A DNA stretch of 64,000 nucleotides from Hydrolagus colliei (Eukaryota), in NCBI GenBank assembly GCA_035084275.1, contig CM068758.1, forward strand, positions 186,001-250,000, in the 5' to 3' direction. Shown here one piece after another: positions 13,300 through 24,200 of the stretch (positions are counted from its first letter, which is position 1; the number at the start of each line of letters is the position of its first letter). The position numbers and the translations under genes were made by a program. Below the pieces are notes generated by a model that saw nothing but the letters and a program-made list of their open reading frames with translations, did no database searches and had not been told where the DNA came from.

Positions 13300-13710
13300 A
13301 CTCCTCCTGTGGTGAAGTTGTGCAAACATTCATTCAACACCTTGAAAATACTTAAAAAATTGTGGTTAGAGAATTCTTTAGAGGACTTGGGTTTGATTCC
13401 CAAGTGGAAGAAAACCTTAGGCAAGTTTCCTTACTCAACGCGCCTCTGTTTACCCAGCAGTAGGTAGGAACCCGCTTGTTAGTCAATTGACGGGAGTAAT
13501 AAAAACCTCAATAAAAATAATCTGCAATCATTCAATCTACAATCACTGAATCTACAATCACTCAATCTATGACTGTGTGGGGGATATAGCTGCGCGCAAT
13601 CGGCTGCCAGGTTTCACCCACGAAATACATAGTCATTCCACTATACGGTACATCCTGTGAAGCGCTTTGAGACGTCTCAACAGCATAATACGACGCTATA
13701 TCAAAGGCCA
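13300..13710 (+). mobile_element. Degenerate older SINE copy
   Basis: aaaccttaggcaagtttccttactc and gtgaagcgctttgagacgtc motifs. Confidence 0.55.
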
Positions 13711-14479
13711 CAAAACTCTGCGCCCTCAGCTACACATTCCCAACCAGAGCCGCTGCGCTTTCCCGGCTCCAACGGGAACTATTTCCTTGTGCCGTTCTGT
13801 AGGAATGAAGTTCAATAGATACTAGGACAAGGTTCTGGTGTAGAGACCAGCAGGAGAATGGGGATAGACCTAGAGGGCAACAGCACAGACTTAACAAAAA
13901 CACAAAATATCACGGGCTGGGAATTGGAAACAAACACAGGAAATGGCTGGGAGCATTCAGCGATGGTGCATGCTAAAGAAAATGGGGGTGGGTGAGGAGG
14001 GAAGGGAGGGAGGGAAGGGAGGGAGGGAGGGGACGTCCTCCTGACGTGGAAGGCTCTCTCTCTGTAAGTTTAATTTTGTTGTTGTGTTGTTATCTCACAA
14101 ATTGTCAGCGTCAAATGCTCTTCTCGATTCCACCCCTCGGAAACATTTGAATAGAAAACACAATGAAGGTCAAAAAGAAGGAGTGTCGGAAAGGCAGATT
14201 GATTCATGTCAGATGTGATTCTGTAGAATTCAACAAAGGGTAGTCAGTATAAAGGCAGTGATGACTGAGATTTTGTCGTCATATGGATGCATTTTAAATG
14301 CCACGGTTGGTTCCAAGAATATGCAGTGTAGCCTTTGTGACGTCTCGACGATGTAAATCAGCGTTACATTAAATAAAAGGATTCTTGTTGTTATTATTTC
14401 TGATGGTGGCATTTTCATTGTGAACGTTTCAGGGAATGTGACCCTTTGAATCCAGGGTCAGAGTTTAGAGCTGGAAAAT

Positions 14480-15202
14480 NNNNNNNNNNNNNNNNNNNNN
14501 NNNNNNNNNNNNNNNNNNNNNNNNNNNNNNNNNNNNNNNNNNNNNNNNNNNNNNNNNNNNNNNNNNNNNNNNNNNNNNNNNNNNNNNNNNNNNNNNNNNN
14601 NNNNNNNNNNNNNNNNNNNNNNNNNNNNNNNNNNNNNNNNNNNNNNNNNNNNNNNNNNNNNNNNNNNNNNNNNNNNNNNNNNNNNNNNNNNNNNNNNNNN
14701 NNNNNNNNNNNNNNNNNNNNNNNNNNNNNNNNNNNNNNNNNNNNNNNNNNNNNNNNNNNNNNNNNNNNNNNNNNNNNNNNNNNNNNNNNNNNNNNNNNNN
14801 NNNNNNNNNNNNNNNNNNNNNNNNNNNNNNNNNNNNNNNNNNNNNNNNNNNNNNNNNNNNNNNNNNNNNNNNNNNNNNNNNNNNNNNNNNNNNNNNNNNN
14901 NNNNNNNNNNNNNNNNNNNNNNNNNNNNNNNNNNNNNNNNNNNNNNNNNNNNNNNNNNNNNNNNNNNNNNNNNNNNNNNNNNNNNNNNNNNNNNNNNNNN
15001 NNNNNNNNNNNNNNNNNNNNNNNNNNNNNNNNNNNNNNNNNNNNNNNNNNNNNNNNNNNNNNNNNNNNNNNNNNNNNNNNNNNNNNNNNNNNNNNNNNNN
15101 NNNNNNNNNNNNNNNNNNNNNNNNNNNNNNNNNNNNNNNNNNNNNNNNNNNNNNNNNNNNNNNNNNNNNNNNNNNNNNNNNNNNNNNNNNNNNNNNNNNN
15201 NN
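14480..15202. other. Assembly gap (N run)
   Basis: 723 Ns. Confidence 1.
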
Positions 15203-15505
15203 AGGACTGTGTTCAAATCCAGGAAGGTCAGGTCAGGGTGAAACCTTGGGCAAGTTTCCTTACGCCCCCCACACACAAACGCACACACGCATACGCCCAA
15301 TAATAAGCCCTCCCACTCAAAAAAAACACAATAATAAAAATTTATCATTTCAACCCACGACTGTGGGGGGAGACGCTGCTGTGTGCAATTGGCTGCCGTG
15401 TTTCGCCCACAAATATATACAGTCAATTCACTTCACAGTGTATGCTGTGAAGCGCTTTGAGACGTCGATATCAAATGTAAGGATTATTCTTATTCTTATT
15501 ATTAT
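15203..15505 (+). mobile_element. tRNA-SINE copy (5' end falls in the gap)
   Basis: B-box region, gtgaaaccttgggcaagtttcctt body, tail. Confidence 0.8.
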
Positions 15506-17179
15506 AAATGATACACATTGATCGCAAGATCAATCTGGATGAAGAAGTCCCTTTGGCCGATCTGATACCATCCATCCAAACACCCCCCACCACACCCCCA
15601 ATCACTGCATCGACTGCTTTGTGGACGATTCCCAGTGTCCTGGCCTTGAGGACCTTTCCTGGCACCTGTTCCGGGCGTTGAGAAGCCTCCGTGTAAAGAA
15701 AGGCTTCCTGGTGTCTGTCCTGAAATTGGCCTTTACACTAAACTCTAAACCCATCTGCTCTTGTTCCACTGCTTTCCACACATCCTAAAGTATCGATCTG
15801 CGTTTCAATCCCATTTACAATTTTGTTTTACATAAAAACATAATAATTTGTGGAGCGATAGGGGACTAAGGCTCTCTGAGGGCCCCTCGTTTGATGTGAC
15901 AATCAGAATCTGTTTTATTTTTCACCCCCACTTTTTGTGTTGCTACGGTTACAAGAGGGTCAATTCACAAATTGATCCGTAACTGAAGGATTGGCGCAGG
16001 GACGTGTGGGCTCCTCTCCTCTCCTCCCCCCGGCTCATCTCCAGCCAAAGGCCAGGGCATACACTCTCTCTGGCTTCCAACGGCTTCCAGAGCTGAGAGA
16101 GGTACGCGGGATCAGCCTCAAACAAAACCTTCAGGATTCTCCAGCTACTCGTCAATATATGCAGATCATGTAATAGATTGCTGAGAGCAAAGGGCATTCA
16201 TTCCAGAAACTACTGTCCGTTCCTGGTGAGTTCAGAGAGGGATATCTCATGACTAATACAATAGGGTTTACCTGGCTCCTCACACCTGGAAATCACACAA
16301 TGAAATGCCTATATTGTAATATAATACAATACTTCTAAATCATAACTTCATGCCGGGCAAAGTCTCAAGAATGTCTCAATTCTGAATAGTTTCAGTGTTT
16401 TGAGAAAAATGTATGGAATGATAACTGGGTAATAAATTTAATTATACTCAATCTGCGAGGAAAAATGTCATCTGGGTCTAGATTATTTTAATGACTACTC
16501 CCACAGTAATAAAAAATAATTGTCTTCGCATTTGATATACACGTCTTCAAGACGTCTCAAAGCGCTTCACAGAATATACTGTAAAGTGAATTGACTGTAC
16601 ATTTGTGGATGCACTGGGGGTTGAAAACATAGTCAAAGGTAGCTGTTGACTTCTAGTTCTTCAAAGAACTTACTGAAAAATGGCTTGAGAATGAAGGTCC
16701 CGCTTAACAAAGCCAAGAAAATAATAATAATCCTTGCAAAATAATATACCAGTAATGCCTCATTGTATCACTGACATGTCTTAAAGTGGAATATACTGCA
16801 TTCTCCAATGGAAATTCCAAACTGTTTCTCCGTTCCAGATGTTGACAGGACCCTGTGGATACCCAGATGTGCATTTCCAGACGAGGCTTTGGGTTTCCAT
16901 GGTGTCCACTTCTGCCCATTGTCCACCTTCCATTTCCCTGACTCAAGCATCTGGATGGCATTCACATTGTCCTTCTGTTGTCAGTTGTGACTCCACCCAA
17001 ATTGTCTATCATCTTCATTTAGCTGCTCTTTATTCTGAGTTTATTATCCCGCCGGTTGACAAAAATAGCCCGAGGCTTGGCACACAACCATAATGCCTTT
17101 CTAAGGCTAAGAGAGAACAAGTTTAATTTGAGTTTGAATCAATCTATTGCGTCACTTTGAGCCACACCTGTGTTTGAGG

Positions 17180-17273
17180 TATAAAATCTCAGCCCGATTA
17201 AGCGCAACAGTAATTCACACATTGGGACTTATCCTCCTCTCATCTCCAACTGCTCAACACAAACCATCAACAA
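17180..17273 (+). promoter_or_regulatory. Putative TATA box and non-coding first exon of mesothelin-like gene B
   Basis: TATAAAA at 17180-17186; candidate donor GTAGGT at 17274; acceptor ttttcacag at 18169 precedes the ATG exon. Confidence 0.45.
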
Positions 17274-18246
17274 GTAGGTGCAGCTTTTTGCTTTGCTCTT
17301 TGGTTGCTTCACTGTCTCTGCTTCTTGTTTGAACGGCCCGCGTGCAGCCGGTGCGGGATTCGCTTCCGACAAAAAAAGTTGGAGGAAACACTGCAGTGCG
17401 GGAATCGGGAGAGAATCTGAACAGAAAAAACCCCGCGATGGCTCCTCCGCAGGTGCAGAGGACAATCGGGAAATAGGCTTTGGTGTCCATATCGATGTTC
17501 TGTGGTACCACAAGGCGGTTGGGAACTGAGTGGTTCAGACGTCTGTGCGATGTGTTCGCCGCACTGATCTGATGTTGAATGAACACGCTGTGGGTTTTGC
17601 TTTTGCGTGGAGTTTCGTGTTGTCTCTGGTGTGGTCCCTTGTGAAAGCCAAGCTTGCTCTGTGGTATTTTGGGCATCGCGCTGAAATTGCTGTTGTTTCC
17701 GTATTCCGCGACGTGCTGTTTCCAATTACAACAACAACTTGGATTTATGTATAGCGCCCCCCCCCCCCCCCACCCCCCCACGTTTGAATGGCGCCTCAGA
17801 GCGCTTCCAATTAGTGTGGATATCAGGAGAGAAGAGGGGCGGGGAGGTGGGGGAGAGAGGGGAGGGGTGGGCGGGGAGGGAGGGGGGATGTTACCTCACA
17901 CACCCCGAAGCTGACATTCCAGAGCGGGGCTGGGGGAGACGGCGGCTGAAACATTCACGACCAAACTTTAAAACTTCAGACGGGATTAAACAGCCTTTAG
18001 AAAGAACCCTGCAATAAACGGAATGCAAAACCCCCTCGTTCCTTTAGACATGTCCTTGACAGTGTGTTGGGCCGCCCTTACCTTTGTTTACTCAGCTCCC
18101 CTCCCACCAGCTCAGGCTCCCCTCCCACCAGCTCCCCTCATGACAGAAGATATTGCTTTATTTTCACAGCATAACTCACTCTGTGGATTGGAACAGAAAC
18201 CGCAGCAGTGAACCAGAAATCAGCCTCACTCATTTGGACCTCTAGG

Positions 18247-21200
18247 ATGATGATCTTAACACTTACTCTGGCCTTTGGTAAGTCCCCCTCTCCAGTGAAC
18301 AGTAATAACTGCAGCCGAACGCAGATAACAGGAAATGGGAAGGGGCTTAACCACCCCCTCCCCACTCCCAACCCCATGAATATTATGACAATTAACTTCC
18401 CCCACAACCAACCTGATCCAATTTAAACTTCAATGTAAAATGGAAATGGTTGTTAGATCTATCAAAGTTCTCAGATCCGCACGATTGCCTGAGATTTTGA
18501 AGATGTCCCTGATGTGAGATTAGTAATTTTTTTTGGTGGGGGAAAGGGGAGATGGCAGGAGGAACAGAGAGACGGCGACATGGACTTTCAGAAGACACCA
18601 GTATAAAGTTTGGCGGACATTAACTATACAGACTGTATCTGACAGGATCGAGTCCAGCACTGTTGCTCAACGCCACCCTCCACAGAGAAGTGACTAAAAT
18701 TCCAATTATCTATAGGAATCTCACGGCTATATTGACTTATTTTCTTTAATCTAATGCATTCTTCTGTTGTGTTGTTGCAGGTTTGTGCTTGTTTGCCACA
18801 TGCAAAGCTCAGACGGTAAGAGTTGGCTCGGTTACAGTAAATTTAACCCAACAAATAAACCAGACAGATCTTGATGCTCTCTATATAACATAAGAAGAAG
18901 GAGCAGGACTAGGCCATTCAGCCCCTCGAGCCTGCCCCGGCACTTAATAGGATTGTGGCTGATCTGCTAATCTAACTCCATTTACCTGCCCTTTCCCCAT
19001 ATCCGTTAATCCCTTTAGTTTTTAAAAATCTGTTGATCTGAGTCTTGAATATATATAACCTCACTGAATCTGAAGGGAACTCAAGGTGTTAGCATCTGGG
19101 AGGGGACGGGAGGTTTGGTTCTGTGAAATTAATGAATACAATGTTTGTATAAACACCNNNNNNNNNNNNNNNNNNNNNNNNNNNNNNNNNNNNNNNNNNN
19201 NNNNNNNNNNNNNNNNNNNNNNNNNNNNNNNNNNNNNNNNNNNNNNNNNNNNNNNNNNNNNNNNNNNNNNNNNNNNNNNNNNNNNNNNNGACTGGGTTTG
19301 GCAGAAGGCAGGCAGCAAGCACAGCACTGATGTCCGCTGCTGCTGCCGCTGCCCGGGCGGCCGAGGCCGAAGCCCCATCACCCGCTCCCCCCAACCCCCG
19401 CCGGACACTGTCCCACTGACAGCGCGCCGGTCGCCCCCCCTGTTTACTGTATTTCCGAGGCTCAGAATTCCTTGTACCTGCGTATAGGGCGCACCCCCAA
19501 CTTTCGAGATCTTCCCACGTGCAAAAAAGTGCGCCTTATACGCGGGTATTTACGGTACCCGGTGTGGTGTCTATAAGTGCACATTTTACCTGAAATACAT
19601 TTACTGTTATTTACATGGGCTACATATGAAATGCAAGGATTATTATTATTATATTATTCACGTTTACTCCGCAGGTCCGTTTGTTAAGGGACGGAGATTT
19701 GTCCCGGCAGGAGAGAGCGGCGGGAAACATCAATGTGACATCAAGTAAGTTCTGTAACTGTGTCTTATTGCTGCCGAGCTGGATGACTGTGCATTCTGTT
19801 GAGTAATGCAGCTCAGGAACAATAGATCCCTCATTAGGGCCAACACATAATATCACAAGAAAAGCGGTGAGTGAATAAGCCTCTCATCCTTCCAGAGTGC
19901 CCACTCCTCCCGTCCGTTCTACGCCCAGATCATTGGGTTTATTTATCTCTGCAACTGTTCCGAGCGTAGGAAGTCGCAAAGGAATGAGAACCACAACAAA
20001 ATGACATTGTTAGAGCGCCTCTCAGAGTCGGGAGGACGTCCCAAAGCGCTGAGAGAGAACTTAGACACAACTCCTCACGGCCAAAATGGTGGAAAATTGT
20101 TTCCGTTTCCTGAGCATATTGATCTGGTCAATGAGCTGGTCACTCAGTCAGTGTTTTATTGTGTTCGCAGATTGTTCAACCACAGTGATAACACCTGAAA
20201 TGACGGGGATCATCTTGTTGCCAATCGAATATACTGCGGCGGAGTTGGACGCGTGTGTGAGTGACGAGGTGCTGAGGAACAACCTTACGGAACTCGGAAA
20301 TCTAGCCTTTAGCACGAGTCAACTACTCGTTCTGAAAAACAGGTTGGATAAGGTAAATAAACGTGCTTTTTCTGTCAGAAATGAGAATCTGGTATCTCTG
20401 GGCGATTCTCCCGGGGACAGTAACTAACCGTTATAGTCTCCTTTACTGGGAGAAACATCAGCAGCAGGTCAAATCCTGGGGAACTATCAACGTGTTAAAT
20501 TCTGATTGCAATTTGGTTTCTCAAACAAACCTCTCCAAACATCTTCTTGCCAGCTGACAAAGCTTGGGGGGGATAACAACAATCCTGCCATTCAGTTCAG
20601 CGTTTGGTCACCTCTAAACATCTCAAAGCTGACCGTATCCTAACCCAGGACACAACTGATCTGAAAAGCAAGGTGTGCGGAATATAGTGTAGAAATACGA
20701 CACTCAATTAAAAGTGGATGTGGCGTTTGCCTTCATAATAATACTGTAGCATTTGTTTCATTTCAAATTAATTATATCTTAGTAAAGACCTCCGAGAAGT
20801 TTAATTTGGGTTAAAAAAAACGTGTGTGTTTCTCTCACACAGCTGTACCCGAGTGGGATAGACGAATCCGTGATTAGTAGACTGGGGTTTATAATCACAG
20901 CATACTCACCTGAAGACATAACCAAGTGGAAAATCACCAACCCCAACACGCTGGCTGCTGTCATCCGAAACTTGCCGACTTCTGACCTGGTAAAGAGACT
21001 CGCAGAAAAAAACACCTACATCTGGTCTCACCCTTTTCTTTGTCTCAGCCTTGATAGGAGAACACGGCCAGAGTGAGATACCACCCATTGGCTTTGGGGG
21101 TCTCAGCCTGAATTATTGGGGGGCTGTGGGTTCGCCACTATATATCCTATTTAACGCAGCCCTAGATAGATTTATTTTGTTTAGAATAATTATAATAATC

Positions 21201-24200
21201 CTTGCATTTGATACGCCTTGTCACCTCATCGAGACGTCTCAAATTGCTTCACAGAATGTACATTTGATGGGTGGAACGCAGAACCGAATTGTACACGGCA
21301 GTTCCAACAAACGCTCATGGACTGAGTAATTTTTTATTAGTATTATTATTATTGAAAGCGATTCAATCTACTTCCTGCTCGGTAAACAGAGCAGCGTGGA
21401 ATTAGGAAATTTGCCCAAGGTTTCGCCCTGCCCGTGAATCGAACCCACTGGCTTGGGAGAGGAGCTCGCTAACCGATATCCTACTGGACTCCCATCACAT
21501 TATAGACTGTCAACTTCTCACGTTCTCCTCATCCCCCCAGCTTTTCTGACCCCACGGTTAGTGTTCCAATACTAACACAGCGTTTGTTATGTGTAGACTG
21601 GCATCGTCGTCTCAAATTATTATCAGGGACCTGGGGAGTTGAATGTGACTGCACTAAACGCGATCGGTGGTCCATTGCTCTGCACTGCCACGGAAGCCAA
21701 GCTCAGAACCATTCCGGCCTATGATCTGAGGTGAGTGTTTGTACATTTATTTGAAGAACAAGACCAAACTACCTTACTCCAGTTGTACAAAGATCATCTT
21801 AGCCCTGGGGGGGGGGGGGGGGGGGTGGCAGCAGTGAGGGACAAGTGGATAGCTTTCCCTGCCCGAGGCTGACCTGCCTGAGGTTGGGGGGGTGTCCTGG
21901 TCCACGTTGCCTTTGACAATTTGGGGCTGAGAGAGTTTTGGGGAAAAGGGCTTATCTGAGGTGGGGAGAGAGCCCTGGTTCCCAAATGATTGGGCCTAAT
22001 GGGTGGGGTAAGCAACCTGACCTCACTCACGGCTCTGAGGGTGCCTCAGGGTTGTCTGACCATCTGTCCGCACATTATTATCCAGAGTGAGGATGAGTTG
22101 GGGGGAGATCTTGTTCAGCGGAGCACGGGGCAAAGCAGCTGTGAAAGGATGAATGTGAACCATACTGTTAACAACAGAAAACCATGGTATTAAAGTCAAC
22201 GGTAAATCCTTACAGGAACGCGGAGCCACTGGACCTCTCCACCTGCACTCAGGCAAAGAAAAACATTCTCTACAACACTGTAAAGGACCAGGACCGCATC
22301 GGGAACCTGCAAAACTCTTACGCACAGAGCAAGCCGTACCTGGGTAAGCTTCACTACGCCAATGGCTGGCTGTGCAGCTAGCTGACTGGCTGGCTGGCTG
22401 TGCGGCTAGCTGTGTGGCTGTGTATGTGGTTGGTTGTGTGGTTAGCTGGCTGGCTGGGTGGCTCCCAATTTGTGACAGAGTATTGTAGAAATGCATTGTG
22501 TTTTTTTTAAAGACGTTTGACTGACACAACTTAAGGATCTTTGCTTCTGACACGAAGTTAACAACAACAACAACAACGACAATTTACATTTATAGAGCAC
22601 CTTTCACGTCGGGAGGACGTCCCAAGGCGCTGAACAAGAGGCGTGTGACCCGAGCTGGGAGGGGAGTGTTTGGGAAGGGGTGAAACACGAAGGGGAGGTA
22701 AAAGAGTTCGGGGTGGAACAAAAGGCACGATCGAAGAGGAAAGTCTTCAAATCGGCCTTGAAAGAGGAAAGTGAAGAGGCAAAACGGAGGGATTGAGGGA
22801 TGGCATTCCATAAGGTGGAAGCGGAGAAACTGAAGGCCCGGCCTCCGATGGTGGGGCGGTTTGGGCGGGGGGCTTGGAGCAGGCCAAGTCCTGTTGAACG
22901 GAGGGTCCGGGTGGGCGTGTAGGGGGAGAGTAGATCGGTTAGGTAGGATGGGGCAAGGCCGTGTAAGGCCTTGTAGGTGAGGACGAGGATCTTAAACTCG
23001 ATCCTCTGGAGGATGGGGAGCCAGTGGAGACGGGCGAGGGTGGGGGTTATGTGGTTGCGGAGGCGGGTGCGGGATAGTACACGGGCTGCAGAGTTTTGGA
23101 TGGCCTGCAGCCTATGAATGGAGGAACTGGGGAGGCCGACTAGGAGAGAATTTCTGTAATCCAGCCGTGAGGTGATGTACGCGTGCACGAGTGTTTCGGC
23201 AGAGCGGGGGGTAAGATAGTTGCGGAGCCTGGCAATGTTGCGCAGATGGAAATAGGCTGTGCCGGTCAAGGCGCGGATGTGGGGGAGGAAGGAAAGTTTT
23301 TGATCGAACATGATGCCGAGGTTCCTGATTGGCTTTGTGAGGTGGAGAGTGCAGCCTTGGATGTTGAGGCTGGCAGCGCCCGATGTGCGGAGGCGCTGGC
23401 TTGAGCCAATCAGGAGGGCCTCGGTCTTACTCACGTTCAATTGCAAAAAGTTGTCCCTCGTCCACGATTCGATGTCGGACAGACATGCTGTCAGAACATC
23501 GATCGTCTGGGGGTTGAGGGATGACGCAGAAAGGTACAACTGGGTGTCATCCGCATACATGTGGAAATTTACCCCATGTCTGCGGATGACGTCGCCCAGA
23601 GGGAGCGTGTAAAGGGTGAAAAGGAGGGGGCCGAGGACAGAGCCCTGAGGGACGCCGTGGGAAACTGTGCGGGGGTTTGAAGAAAAGCCATTGGAAGAAA
23701 CAAAATGTAAACGGTGGGTCAGATAGGAATGGAACCATTCAAGGACTGTGCCTTGAAGGTTGAGGTGGGAGGAAAGACGTTGGAGGAGGATGGTGTGATC
23801 GACTGTGTCGAACGCAGCAGACAGGAGGACGAGGAGGCAGAGGGAGCCCTAGTCACAGGCGGTTAGGATGTCGTTTGTGACCTTAACCAGGGCAGTTTCT
23901 GTGCTGTGGATAGGGCGGAAACCTGATTGCAGGGGTTCAAGAAGTGAGTGATTTGAAAGGAAAGAGCGGAGCTGGGAGGCAACCACTCTTTCAAGGACCT
24001 TGGATAGAAACGGGAGGTTGGAGATGGGTCGATAACTTGATGGTTGCGACGCATCAAGGGAGGGTTTCTTCAGGATAGGGGTGATGGTGGCTGTTTTAAG
24101 GGAGGTAGGGACGGTTCCTGAGGAGAGGGAAAGGTTAATGGTGTCAGAAATGAGCGGGGCTAACAAATGGAGCTGGGTGCGGAGGAGGGGGGTGGGGATG

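Noticed and set aside
14446-15426. Long ORFs of 285 and 322 aa
   Set aside because: Artefacts of translating the N gap; the same applies to ORFs around 19061-19487.
22604-23560. 318-aa reverse transcriptase ORF as a domesticated host gene
   Set aside because: Part of a 5'-truncated L2 with an upstream in-frame stop and an intact retrotransposon tail.
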